DNA of 64,000 nucleotides from an uncultured Verrucomicrobiae bacterium (GCA_963828525.1 CAWHEP010000008.1:384001-448000); one strand, 5' to 3'. Shown: positions 32,432 to 42,226, counted from the first letter of the stretch. Notes: generated by a model not told the origin, from the sequence alone. Translations and numbers: made by a program.

Positions 32432-35400
32432 TCAGCCTTCTATGATGGCCCTTATCTTTTGCGCAAGGTCAGCAGGCGTAAAGGGCTTTTGAAGAAAGGC
32501 GGCCCCCGCCTGAAGCCCATACTGCTGAAATACCACCTCTTTAACATACCCTGAGGTGAACAGAACCTTGGATGTCGCGCCGTTTTCGCTCATCCAGTCC
32601 GCGAGTTCGCGACCGCCGCCGCTGGGAAGTACGACATCCGCGAACAGGAGATCGATCTTCGATCCGTTCAAGTTCCTGATGATGGCGCGCGCCTTATCGC
32701 CATCTTCCGCTTCCATCACGCTATAACCCAACTTGCGCAATATCTGCGCTGTGAGGCTACGCACCGTGGCTTCATCTTCCACGAGCAGGATGGTCTCGTT
32801 GCCTCGCGGCAGGCGGCTTGCCTGCTCGGTCTTGGCGAAATGCACCCCTTGTTCCGTGACACGCGGAAGAAGAATCTGGAAGCAACTCCCACTGCCAAGG
32901 ACGCTCTCTACTACTATATACCCGCCGCTTTGCTTTACGATGCCGTAGCAGGTCGCGAGGCCAAGGCCCGTGCCATGACCCTTTTCTTTGGTCGTGAAAA
33001 AAGGCTCAAAGAGATGTTTCCTCACCTCTTCTGTCATCCCCGAACCGGTGTCGCTGATGGATAGCTTAACGTAATCACCCGACGGCACGCCCTGGCTTTT
33101 GCAGATGGGATCCTCTTCGCGGCAGATGGCATTGGAAGTTTGGATAGTGATGACGCCTCCACGCGGCATTGCATCCCGGGCATTCACCGCAAGATTCAGG
33201 ATGACCTGGTCGAGCTGCGCCGAGTCCGCTTTCACACGGCCCGCGTTCTTGTCGGGCAGCGTCACTATCTGAATATCTTCACCAATGAGGCGCCTCAGCA
33301 TCTTCTGTATGCTGCTGACCGCGTCGTTGAGATTCAGCACTTTCAGTTGAAGTGACTGCCTTCGGCTGAATGCGAGCAACTGATGGGTTAGCGACGCCGC
33401 GAATTCGGCGGCCTTGCGGATTTCGGACAAATTTCTGTACATCGAATGCCCAGAACTGATCTGCCCCAGCAGAAGATCACTGTATCCGAGAATAGCTGTC
33501 AGAATGTTGTTGAAATCGTGCGCCACCCCGCCCGCCAGGCGTCCAATCGCCTCCATCTTCTGCGACTGGAGCAGTTGGTCCTCGAGCCTTTTTCGCTCGG
33601 TGATATCGCGGGCAATGGAGGAGATGCCGGTGATTTCGCCCTGTTCATTGCGAATAGGGGATTCAGTCACCGAAACCGCGATGCGGGATCCGTCTTTGCG
33701 CAGCCGGACCGTTTCGAAATTGGTGAGGCTCTCTCCCTGCTTCACCGCCGCAAGCGTCTGCGGAAGTTCGTCGAGCCGCTCAGGTGGAACCATGATGTAG
33801 ACATGCCTCCCCAGGGCCTCTTCCGCCGTGTAGCCGTAGAGGCGAGCCGCGGCGCTGTTCCAACTGACAATGATGCCATCCAGCGTTTTGCCGACGATGG
33901 CGTCGTTCGAAGACTCGACCACCGCCGCCAGTTCAGATCGCGTCCGCTCCGCGCGGCGCCGATCCGTAATATCCCGGAGGTAAGCGGTAAACATCGGGCG
34001 CCTGTGCAATTTGATGCGGCTGAGAGCCACCTCCATCGGCATCTCGCTTTGATCCGCCCGGCGGGCGATGAGTTCCATTCGACGTCCAAGAGGCAGGCTT
34101 TCCTCCGCCGCGGGCGCTGGCAGCATCGCCGCTCGATAGCTGCCCCGAACGGCGGGTGGGAAGATCATCTCAAACAAGTCCTTCGACAGGGCAAATGAAC
34201 GCGGAAAGCCAAACGCCCTCTCGGCGGCTGGATTGAACTCCACGATTTTCCCCTCTTCATCGAAAGTAATGATGCAGTCAAGCGCCGACTCCAGGATCGC
34301 CGCTTTGCGGGCGTCGCTCTCGCGGAGCGCCTCCAGGCCTCGCTTTCGGTCGATCAAATGCCCCAACTGAACACCGATTGCGGCGAGCATCTGCAGCAAC
34401 TCGGGATCAGCGTTGGAAACTTGCGGACTGTAAAACTCCAACACATGAAGAACCTCCTGACCAACTTTGACTGGCACCCCGAAGGCCGCGCGCATGCCAT
34501 TGCTCACAGCTATGGCCGCATTCACGAAGGCGTTGTTTTTTTCGATATTGGCGATCCAGTCCGGCTCGCCCGTTTGCCATACCCCGCCCGCGAGACCTGC
34601 TCCAGGTGGCACGATCATGCCTGATGTCGCCGCCTCAAACTCCTCGATGTCGATATTGGGGCGGTGCCAAATCTCCACGCAGTGAAGAACGTTGGCTTCA
34701 GAATCAACATCCCACACCGTGCCCATATCCCACTCGAGTATCTCGCAGATCGCCTGAAGGATCTTGGGCCGCGCTTCCGCAACCGTAGCCGCCTCCGCCA
34801 GAATGCGGGTCGTTGTGTAAAGGAGGTTCCGCCGGCGCTCAGCCAGCCACCGCTGTGTTATGTCCTCAACGCTTCCCTCTATGTAGATGAGATCTCCGTC
34901 TGGCCCACGCACCCCCCGGACATTCTGCGAGATCCACATGGAACGTCCGTCCTTTCGAAACACCTCCGCGACAAAACCGGAAACAATGTGGTGCCGCTGG
35001 ACAGCCTGCATCAAGTCCTGCCAGCGGTTGCCCGACACATAAGATTTCTCGGCCATCTTCCATTCCGCGACGACTTCCTCCGGACTTTGGAACCCCAGCA
35101 TGCGCGCGAGCGCTTGGTTTGCGGTTATAAGCTCGCCGCCAGGCTCGGACTGAAATATTCCCTCGATGGCGTTGTCGAAGATTGCCCTGTACTTGTTCTC
35201 AGCCTGCCGCACCTGACCCAGCAGCGCCTCCCGCTCCGACACGTAATCGCGAAGCCTCTTCAGAACACGGAAGGACCCATAGCCACCTCCGACGACCAAG
35301 AGCGCGAAAACAGCGTATTGGAGTTCTCCGACCCCGCGTTCGCTGCCCGGTTTCGCCACCCGCACCCGGGTGAGAGAAACCCATAGCCCCAAGCTCAGAA

Positions 35401-35506
35401 GGAAGAGCACGACATAAGCTCCGAAGACAAGCGTCGTCAAAAAGCTCCGCTTAAGGGCGGGATCCTTCGAGAATCCGAACCTGCCTGGGATGGAAGCCGT
35501 ATTCAC
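32432..35506 (-). CDS. Membrane hybrid sensor kinase (2TM-PAS-GAF-PAS-PAS-HisKA-HATPase-REC)
   Basis: Two TM helices, three PAS-like segments, GAF, AHDFNNILT, NARDAMP, GTGLGLA and C-terminal REC. Confidence 0.92.
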   Translation of the reverse strand: MNTASIPGRFGFSKDPALKRSFLTTLVFGAYVVLFLLSLGLWVSLTRVRVAKPGSERGVGELQYAVFALLVVGGGYGSFRVLKRLRDYVSEREALLGQVRQAENKYRAIFDNAIEGIFQSEPGGELITANQALARMLGFQSPEEVVAEWKMAEKSYVSGNRWQDLMQAVQRHHIVSGFVAEVFRKDGRSMWISQNVRGVRGPDGDLIYIEGSVEDITQRWLAERRRNLLYTTTRILAEAATVAEARPKILQAICEILEWDMGTVWDVDSEANVLHCVEIWHRPNIDIEEFEAATSGMIVPPGAGLAGGVWQTGEPDWIANIEKNNAFVNAAIAVSNGMRAAFGVPVKVGQEVLHVLEFYSPQVSNADPELLQMLAAIGVQLGHLIDRKRGLEALRESDARKAAILESALDCIITFDEEGKIVEFNPAAERAFGFPRSFALSKDLFEMIFPPAVRGSYRAAMLPAPAAEESLPLGRRMELIARRADQSEMPMEVALSRIKLHRRPMFTAYLRDITDRRRAERTRSELAAVVESSNDAIVGKTLDGIIVSWNSAAARLYGYTAEEALGRHVYIMVPPERLDELPQTLAAVKQGESLTNFETVRLRKDGSRIAVSVTESPIRNEQGEITGISSIARDITERKRLEDQLLQSQKMEAIGRLAGGVAHDFNNILTAILGYSDLLLGQISSGHSMYRNLSEIRKAAEFAASLTHQLLAFSRRQSLQLKVLNLNDAVSSIQKMLRRLIGEDIQIVTLPDKNAGRVKADSAQLDQVILNLAVNARDAMPRGGVITIQTSNAICREEDPICKSQGVPSGDYVKLSISDTGSGMTEEVRKHLFEPFFTTKEKGHGTGLGLATCYGIVKQSGGYIVVESVLGSGSCFQILLPRVTEQGVHFAKTEQASRLPRGNETILLVEDEATVRSLTAQILRKLGYSVMEAEDGDKARAIIRNLNGSKIDLLFADVVLPSGGGRELADWMSENGATSKVLFTSGYVKEVVFQQYGLQAGAAFLQKPFTPADLAQKIRAIIEG

Positions 35507-35587
35507 GTTCGGAAGGAGCGGACAAAGCGGGATGTTTCGCCCCTCTTCGCAAGCCTGCTTTGATGGTCACCCGGGTGACCGCGAAGG

Positions 35588-35995
35588 TCAACTCTTATCG
35601 AAGCTATACTTCCCCGGACCGAGCAAAACCAACGAGTAGCTTGCAAGAAGAGGGGCACAAACTGCAACTGCAAATACAGCGCCCAGATGGTGCCCGGCGT
35701 GGATGAAAGCGCTGACCGTCAGAACAATCGCCAGAACAAGGCAGACGACGCGAAAAAAAAGCCCTATAAAGAGCAGTATCCCCGCCGCAAGCTCGGAGAA
35801 AGCGACCACCGCGCCCAAGAATTCCAGATGGCTGCCGATGTGGAGGAAGTGAGCGGCAGGAGCAGCAGCCGCGCGCCATCTCCCAGCTCCGCCAGCAACA
35901 ACCGGGAAGGCCGCCGCCACAAGCAGGGCGCCCACAGCCACCCGCAGGAGCAGCAGTCCGAATTCACGATGCTTGTTGAGAGAGGACAGGATCAT
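35588..35995 (-). CDS. DoxX family membrane protein
   Basis: GLLLLRVAVG, ELAAGILLFIGLFFR and GPGKYSFD. Confidence 0.85.
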   Translation of the reverse strand: MILSSLNKHREFGLLLLRVAVGALLVAAAFPVVAGGAGRWRAAAAPAAHFLHIGSHLEFLGAVVAFSELAAGILLFIGLFFRVVCLVLAIVLTVSAFIHAGHHLGAVFAVAVCAPLLASYSLVLLGPGKYSFDKS

Positions 35996-36135
35996 TTCGG
36001 AAAAGTAAACGTAGCTGGCGCTGCCAAGTCAAAGATTTCCACCGGCCTTGCCGCAGAGGATGATCTCCGACTCGCTGGGGACCGTCTCTTTTAGACGGCT
36101 TGTGTTTTTCCACCAAACCGATACCTAATCTTTGG

Positions 36136-37074
36136 ATGCCTTCGAGCGCCCCCGCCGCTTCTTCCACCTGCCAGCTCACCTTCTGGGGAGTCCGGGGTTC
36201 GATCCCCAGCCCCGGCCCGGACACGGTGCTGACGGGCGGTAACACTTCGTGCGTCGAGGTTCGGGCGGATGGTGAAATCATCATCCTGGACGCGGGGACG
36301 GGCATCCGCGCGCTCGGTCTGGCACTCGCCGCGGAGTTCGGAGACCAGCCCATTGACCTCACGCTGCTCATTTCGCATACCCACTGGGATCACATACAGG
36401 GATTCCCTTTCTTCCTTCCCGCTTACGACGCGCGAAACAAAGTCAGCATACTTGGTTACGAAGGCGCCAGGATCGGTCTCGCGACGACTCTGGCAGGGCA
36501 GATGGAAAGCCCTTACTTTCCGATCGCGCTGCAAGAGATGCCCGGCAATATCGTGATAGAAGAGTTGAGAGACCTCTCCTTTTCCATCGGCAAGGTCAAG
36601 GCTACCGCGTGGTTTATGAACCACCCCGGCATCGCTGTAGGATACAGGCTTGCGACCAGTGGAGGTTCCATCGCGTATGTTCCCGATAACGAGCCGTTTG
36701 GACGGCACGGCGTTTCTCACGAACCTCCTGAACCCAACGACTCGGCGCATACGATGGACCGCAAGCTCATTGAATTCATCGAGGGTTCCGACGTGCTGAT
36801 AATCGATTCCCAGTATGACGAGTCGGAATACAGCAAGCATGTCGGTTGGGGACATGGCTGTGTCAGCGATGTGGTGGAACTCGCCATCGCGGCCAGCGTC
36901 AAACATCTTTTTCTCTTCCATCATGACCCTGCCAATGACGACCGCTCCATTGCCGCGATGGTGGAAGGCGCGCGAGCGCTGGCCGCAACCCTCGGGGCGA
37001 ACTTAAAGATCGACGCCGCGCGCGAAGGGACCACGATCCACCTGCCGGAGCTTCCTACCGCTACCGCGCCGTGA
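36136..37074 (+). CDS. MBL-fold metallo-hydrolase (phosphodiesterase/RNase Z-like subfamily)
   Basis: FWGVRGSIPSPG, GGNTSCVE, SHTHWDHIQG, GWGH and LFHHDP. Confidence 0.88.
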   Translation: MPSSAPAASSTCQLTFWGVRGSIPSPGPDTVLTGGNTSCVEVRADGEIIILDAGTGIRALGLALAAEFGDQPIDLTLLISHTHWDHIQGFPFFLPAYDARNKVSILGYEGARIGLATTLAGQMESPYFPIALQEMPGNIVIEELRDLSFSIGKVKATAWFMNHPGIAVGYRLATSGGSIAYVPDNEPFGRHGVSHEPPEPNDSAHTMDRKLIEFIEGSDVLIIDSQYDESEYSKHVGWGHGCVSDVVELAIAASVKHLFLFHHDPANDDRSIAAMVEGARALAATLGANLKIDAAREGTTIHLPELPTATAP

Positions 37075-37498
37075 GGATCACGATTAACTGCCCCTTGCCG
37101 CACAAGGGTCCTCGTATGAAAACCGGGCTTTCCAAACCCAGGCGGGCGTCCGTCTCAGCTCGCAAGTCCCTGCCCTGATAAACCTGGAGGTGTAGCAGAT
37201 ACCCTGGATTTGCCTTCCGGGCGGAAGTCACCCGAACGGCAAACTTCTTGGTCGCCAACATCCACCTTTCGACGGGTTCATCCATCTTTTCGGCATGCTG
37301 GCTCAGGAGATCGAACTGATTGTAACCGAAAATGTTCCGCAATTTGCCATGCAATCGCGCGATCTCCGGGGCTGTCTCCGCGGGCTGTTGAGCGTTTGAG
37401 GCGAAGACAATCCCGCTCCATATCGAGTCGGCGCCGCGCGCGATCACTCCAGAGAAACAGCCGGCCATCAGAAGAACGGCTATGCTTCGCCTCATCAC
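37061..37498 (-). CDS. Secreted hypothetical protein, third gene of the ECF operon
   Basis: Signal peptide; overlaps the anti-sigma stop codon. Confidence 0.65.
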   Translation of the reverse strand: MMRRSIAVLLMAGCFSGVIARGADSIWSGIVFASNAQQPAETAPEIARLHGKLRNIFGYNQFDLLSQHAEKMDEPVERWMLATKKFAVRVTSARKANPGYLLHLQVYQGRDLRAETDARLGLESPVFIRGPLCGKGQLIVILTAR

Positions 37499-37998
37499 TT
37501 CAGATCAGCCGTTTCCGGGAGGTAATCGAGTCCGTCCAGCCACACAACGCTCACATCATCCTTTTTGGAATGGAAGGCGCTGACGGTTACACCGGGGTCC
37601 GACGGGCGAGTTCCCGAAAGTTGCGCCATATACCCTCCGCTCGACGCCCCCGTTTCCTGGGGCCCGATGGGGATCAAAAAGTGGAACAGAACTGCTGCTG
37701 CTACGGCGCTGCACGCGCCCGCCCAGGCGAACCATGAAAGACCACCCTTTTTTCCACGCGGAAGCGCCGATGCCGGCGACTCCAAGGCGCGAATCCGCTC
37801 AAGAAGCTGATGGTTGAAAAAATCGCCCCCGTCGAAACTGGGAGGAGCCGGGCAAGTCCTCAGCAAATCGCCGAGCCTTATCGCGTCCTGCTTGTCCCTC
37901 GCGCAATCGGTTCGGAGCTCTGCTTCGAACGAGAGCTTCTCGCTCTCCTCCAGTTCGCCGTCCACCCACGCGGTAAATCTCTCTTCAAATGGATTCAT
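37495..37998 (-). CDS. Putative membrane anti-sigma factor
   Basis: FTAWVDGEL N-terminus and a single TM helix; overlaps the ECF sigma gene. Confidence 0.75.
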   Translation of the reverse strand: MNPFEERFTAWVDGELEESEKLSFEAELRTDCARDKQDAIRLGDLLRTCPAPPSFDGGDFFNHQLLERIRALESPASALPRGKKGGLSWFAWAGACSAVAAAVLFHFLIPIGPQETGASSGGYMAQLSGTRPSDPGVTVSAFHSKKDDVSVVWLDGLDYLPETADLK

Positions 37999-38590
37999 AA
38001 ACATCTTTCAACAGCGTCTGCAGCTTTTTACGGGCATAAAAAAGACGCGACATCACCGTCCCAATCGAACATTCCAGAGCGTCGGCAATCTCCTGATACT
38101 GGAGTCCCTCCAACTCTTTCATGACAATGACGGCACGATGTTCGGGGCTGAGCTTTGAGATGGCGGCATCTATGCGCTTGCGGATTTCGGCCTGCTCGAT
38201 CTTTTCGGAAGGAAGCGGATCGGCCTTCGGGACTGTAAATGAGCCTGGCTCAGCCGACGCGATGGAAACAGTGTCATCGAACTCGGACGTTCCCTCGATC
38301 TGCTTCTTGCGCAGCCAATCGATCGTGACGTTAGTCATGATGCGGTAGAGCCAGGTGTAGAACGAAGATTGTCCACGGAAACGGGCTATGGACTTCCATG
38401 CTTTCAAAAAGCCGTCCTGCGCAAGATCCCAGGCGTCCTGCTCGTTGCGCACCATGTTGTAGATCATTCCGTAAGCTTTGTTTCTATACCGGGTTACAAG
38501 TTCGTTAAAGGCCTCCAGATCCCCCTTCTGGCATTGCGCCACGAGATCTGCATCCTCCTTCTCCAAGGCAGGCTCTTCCTTTCCTGACAT
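37985..38590 (-). CDS. ECF (group 4) sigma factor, RpoE-like
   Basis: GDLEAFNELV, DLAQDGFLKAW, FYTWLYRI and GTVMSRLFYAR. Confidence 0.93.
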   Translation of the reverse strand: MSGKEEPALEKEDADLVAQCQKGDLEAFNELVTRYRNKAYGMIYNMVRNEQDAWDLAQDGFLKAWKSIARFRGQSSFYTWLYRIMTNVTIDWLRKKQIEGTSEFDDTVSIASAEPGSFTVPKADPLPSEKIEQAEIRKRIDAAISKLSPEHRAVIVMKELEGLQYQEIADALECSIGTVMSRLFYARKKLQTLLKDVYESI

Positions 38591-38593
38591 CAG

Positions 38594-38620
38594 TTAGACG
38601 TAATGATCCGTCTGTTATTC
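38594..38620 (-). promoter_or_regulatory. Putative ECF-type autoregulatory promoter (GAAT-N16-CGTCTAA) ending 3 nt before the ATG
   Basis: Minus strand reads GAATAACAGACGGATCATTACGTCTAACTG-ATG; resembles GAAC...GTCTAA ECF promoters. Confidence 0.5.
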
Positions 38621-38645
38621 GAAAGAACTTTTCGGCGCGGCCAAA

Positions 38646-39311
38646 TCATGCCGCTGGTCCAAACCGCCGCCGCCATTCGGATCGGAACTCGCCCATCAAC
38701 GCGATGATTCCATCACGGATTTGAAACAGCCGGTGGCATAGAGAGGAATACCGTTCTGGATCAAGTCCCACCTCGGTCTTCATCTGCAAGGCCGCATCCA
38801 GGGAATTGGTCACCGCCTTCAAGGCGCGCTTGAGATAGGCGATTGTCATGCCGATCTCGTCCACATCATCATCGCTTAGCGCCGCCGCGAGCTTCGCGCT
38901 CGCGATCGCCGTCTGAGTCGCGAGCTTTACCGACGCCGGATGGTTTTGCAATTCCCCGAGATCGTCAAACAGTCTGTCGATCCACACAGTCAGCCCAAAT
39001 GAAGCCCGGTATAGCGGATGCATCTCAAATGTCTCACCGGTTTCTTGGGCGCTCTCCTCCGCATTTCCCTCGTCCCCCGGCGTCTTTTCCATCTCGTCAT
39101 CGAACAAGGAATCCACGCTTTCGGCCCAGTCGCGACCATCATCATCGAGCAGATGATACCAGCCCATTTCACGCGCGATGATGAGATCCCTGTTGGGGTC
39201 GTCGATGTATTTTTCCAGCAGTTCCATATAGCGCTCCGTTTTGCGATCCTGCTGCTGAAGGAACCGCTCCCAATCATACTCATCCCAGATCTTTTCAGGC
39301 TCCTGGTCCAT
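38646..39311 (-). CDS. Acidic, helical hypothetical protein
   Basis: MDQEPEKIWDEYDWERFLQQQDRKTERYMELLEKY...; lies between rlmN and the ECF sigma. Confidence 0.7.
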   Translation of the reverse strand: MDQEPEKIWDEYDWERFLQQQDRKTERYMELLEKYIDDPNRDLIIAREMGWYHLLDDDGRDWAESVDSLFDDEMEKTPGDEGNAEESAQETGETFEMHPLYRASFGLTVWIDRLFDDLGELQNHPASVKLATQTAIASAKLAAALSDDDVDEIGMTIAYLKRALKAVTNSLDAALQMKTEVGLDPERYSSLCHRLFQIRDGIIALMGEFRSEWRRRFGPAA

Positions 39312-39321
39312 CTGGCACTCC

Positions 39322-40416
39322 TTAGCCCGGCTGCATCTGTTCCGCAAAAGATTTATCTCGCTGCGCCTGGAGGCGGAGCTGGCCGCATGCAGCGTCAATA
39401 TCGTGCCCCTTCTCCCGCCGAATCGTCGCGGATACGCCCGCGTCGCGCAGAATGGCGAGAAACTCTTCCTGAGTCCGTTCGGATGGGCGCTCCCATTGCA
39501 GGCCATCGACCGCGTTACAGGGGATAAGATTCACTTTCGCGCCGAGCCGGGCCGCATGGCGAGCCAGTTCGCGCGCCTGTTCAGTAGAGTCGTTGACACC
39601 CAAAATCAGGATGTACTCGAAGGTTATCCGCTGCTTTTTCCGTTCGGCGTAATAGGCGCACGCCTCCAGTAGCGCCGCTACACCATACTTGCGGTTCACC
39701 GGCATTATCTTTTCCCGGACTGTATCCGTGGCCCCATGGAGTGATACCGCGAGCCGGATCTGCAAAGGCTGCTCGGCAAGCGCGCGGATTTGAGGAACCA
39801 GGCCGCTCGTCGAAACGGTGATGTGTCGCGCCCCTAATCCTATGCCCCACTCCGCGTTGATAATTGAGATCGCTCGCATCACATTGCCAAAGTTGGCCAG
39901 CGGCTCGCCCATGCCCATGAATACGAGATTATTGATCCGCTCCCCCTCGGTGCATTCAATCGCCAGTATCTGCTCCACGATTTCTGAAGCATCCAGATTC
40001 CGGCTAAATCCATCCAGTCCGCTCGCGCAAAACTTGCATCCGTAGGCGCAGCCCACCTGAGTGGAGACACACAAAGTCCTGCGATCCGAGTCTGATCCAT
40101 AAAGCGCAGGCGACGCGGGGATCAGGACGGCTTCAATGAGGCTTCCATCGCCCAACTGGAGCAGAAACTTTCTCGTGGTGTCCGCAGAGCCCAATTTGCG
40201 CGCAACCGTGGGACCATCAAAGGCGAAATCCGCAGCCAGACGCCCGCGCAACCCAGCGGGTAGATCTGTCATCTTCTCAAAGGAATTTACGCGCTTCTCA
40301 TAAAGCCATTTTAATACCTGCCGGGCGCGATACGCTGGTTCCCCCATCTGTGTGAATGCAGCTTCGAGTTGCGCCAATCCAAGCGATCTGATCTGAAGAC
40401 GCGGTGAGGAGATCAT
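39322..40416 (-). CDS. rlmN: 23S rRNA (A2503-C2) methyltransferase RlmN
   Basis: CVSTQVGCAYGCKFCAS, FMGMGEP and DIDAACGQL. Confidence 0.95.
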   Translation of the reverse strand: MISSPRLQIRSLGLAQLEAAFTQMGEPAYRARQVLKWLYEKRVNSFEKMTDLPAGLRGRLAADFAFDGPTVARKLGSADTTRKFLLQLGDGSLIEAVLIPASPALYGSDSDRRTLCVSTQVGCAYGCKFCASGLDGFSRNLDASEIVEQILAIECTEGERINNLVFMGMGEPLANFGNVMRAISIINAEWGIGLGARHITVSTSGLVPQIRALAEQPLQIRLAVSLHGATDTVREKIMPVNRKYGVAALLEACAYYAERKKQRITFEYILILGVNDSTEQARELARHAARLGAKVNLIPCNAVDGLQWERPSERTQEEFLAILRDAGVSATIRREKGHDIDAACGQLRLQAQRDKSFAEQMQPG

Positions 40417-40531
40417 CGGTTGTTATTTTCGCCTGCTTTCTCCTCACGCGCATCCGATTCTTTGAACGAACAGCGGCATCTCAATGACAAACAATAGGAA
40501 CTGACGACTTCAACCTGAACGGACAGAATAT

Positions 40532-41272
40532 ATGACCACCGAGGAACGCGACCTGATCACTGGACTATTCACTCGACTGCGCAGCGCGGATTCCGGCGCA
40601 AAGGATGCCGAGGCCGAACAATTGATCCGGCAACAGATCGATGCTCTGCCAAGCGCGCCGTATCTATTGACCCAAACCCTTTTCGTTCAGGAACATGCCT
40701 TGCAGAATGCGCAGGCGCGGATCGCAGCCCTCGAGCGGCAGGCAGCGGATGCCACCGCCTCCGCAGCCGCTGCCCGGCCGCAGCCCAGCTTCCTTTCGGG
40801 ACTGTTTCACCACGATGCCACTCCCACCCCTCCCCCGCCATTGCGACCGCCGGCCCCATCTCCGTTTGCATCCACATTGACAATGCCCTCCAGCGGCGGC
40901 GGGGGCTTCCTTCGAGGAGCTCTTGCGACGGCGGCGGGGGTCGCGGGAGGCTCGTTGCTATTCGAGGGCATCGAGAACCTCCTTGGTCACCGCCCAGGTG
41001 CCTTTGCGTCAGGCTTGGGAGGCTTTGGAGGGTTCGGCTCCCAATCTCAATACCCGGAAAATGTAGAGGTCGTTAACAATTACTACGATGGCGCGCCCGG
41101 CGGCGGCGGGGGTGCCCAGGACCCCGGTATGCGGGTTTCTGAAGATTTGCCTATGGATCAACCGGTTAATGATCCAGCCTACGATGATTCCTCCTCCTTT
41201 TCTGATCCGACACCCTCCGATTCCGGCACTGATTTTGACCCCGGGAGCGGAGGCGGTGACTCGCTCGTCTGA
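40532..41272 (+). CDS. DUF2076 family protein
   Basis: MTTEERDLITGLFTRL, APYLLTQ and GFLRGALATAAGVAGG. Confidence 0.85.
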   Translation: MTTEERDLITGLFTRLRSADSGAKDAEAEQLIRQQIDALPSAPYLLTQTLFVQEHALQNAQARIAALERQAADATASAAAARPQPSFLSGLFHHDATPTPPPPLRPPAPSPFASTLTMPSSGGGGFLRGALATAAGVAGGSLLFEGIENLLGHRPGAFASGLGGFGGFGSQSQYPENVEVVNNYYDGAPGGGGGAQDPGMRVSEDLPMDQPVNDPAYDDSSSFSDPTPSDSGTDFDPGSGGGDSLV

Positions 41273-41392
41273 GCAGTCCCTTCCTGTCATTCAGCGAGGA
41301 AAGTCGGATCCACGGCGCCTTTGGACGCGCGCAATAAGGCGCGTGTCCGGCGTTGAATCCGCGCCCGTCTCCTGCTAGTTTTCCGCGTACCC

Positions 41393-42142
41393 ATGAAGCG
41401 GGTTTTTAACGCGACCGAGCCGGAATTAATGGATCGCCCGCAGCCTGTCTCGAAAGAGCTGGGCGTCTGTCTGCAGAATCTGGCCAGGCTCAACCGTTAC
41501 TTCGGTTCACACCTGCTCATTCGCAAATTCCTTCGAAAATGGCTGGAACCGGGCGGGAGCTACCGCATTCTGGATCTAGCCACCGGGTACGCCGATATCC
41601 CGAGAATGATTGTCTCCTGGGCAAGGCCCCGTGGGATCACAGTCAGTATCGAGGCTGTGGACAGCCACCCGTCCACTTTGGAGATCGCCCGCCAGCACAG
41701 TGGCGACTATCCCGAGATTACCTTTACCCAGGCGGATGCCCGCAGGTTCACATCGAGCCGCACATTCGACGTTGTTTGTTGCTCCCTCGCTCTTCATCAC
41801 TTTAGCGAAGAAGACGCAGTGGTACTGCTTGCTCGCATGCGCGAACTCTCCCACGACAAAGTGCTTGCAGCCGATCTGGAGCGGAATGCGTTCACCATGG
41901 CATGCGTCCATTTCGTTACCGCGTGGCGGTTCTGCGACCCGATGACGAAGGCAGATGGGCGCGCCTCCGCGAAGCGGGCTTTCTCTTACTCAGAATTGGC
42001 CGCCCTGGCTACAAGCGCTGGCTGGGAGGACTTCTGCCAAAGTCGCTTTCTCCCCGCCCGGCAGGCTGTGTGGATTGGCGGGCTTGAGGAAGGGGCGCCC
42101 CTCGATATCTGCCTTTCGCAATCGGATCTTGCGCCTGGATGA
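41393..42142 (+). CDS. SAM-dependent methyltransferase
   Basis: ELMD, LARLNRYFG, ILDLATGYAD and CSLALHHF. Confidence 0.85.
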   Translation: MKRVFNATEPELMDRPQPVSKELGVCLQNLARLNRYFGSHLLIRKFLRKWLEPGGSYRILDLATGYADIPRMIVSWARPRGITVSIEAVDSHPSTLEIARQHSGDYPEITFTQADARRFTSSRTFDVVCCSLALHHFSEEDAVVLLARMRELSHDKVLAADLERNAFTMACVHFVTAWRFCDPMTKADGRASAKRAFSYSELAALATSAGWEDFCQSRFLPARQAVWIGGLEEGAPLDICLSQSDLAPG

Positions 42143-42226
42143 TGTGACCCTATGCCCCAGCCTTTGTCTCATGATGGCTGCCGGTTGTTCTAGGCACCCC
42201 AGCGTTTCCGTGCTACCGTTTCTGCG

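Noticed and set aside
36091..36924. Long antisense or alternate-frame ORFs such as 36091..36924, 53137..54096 and 16168..17076
   Set aside because: They are shadow ORFs opposite well-supported genes, expected in high-GC DNA, and show no recognisable motifs.
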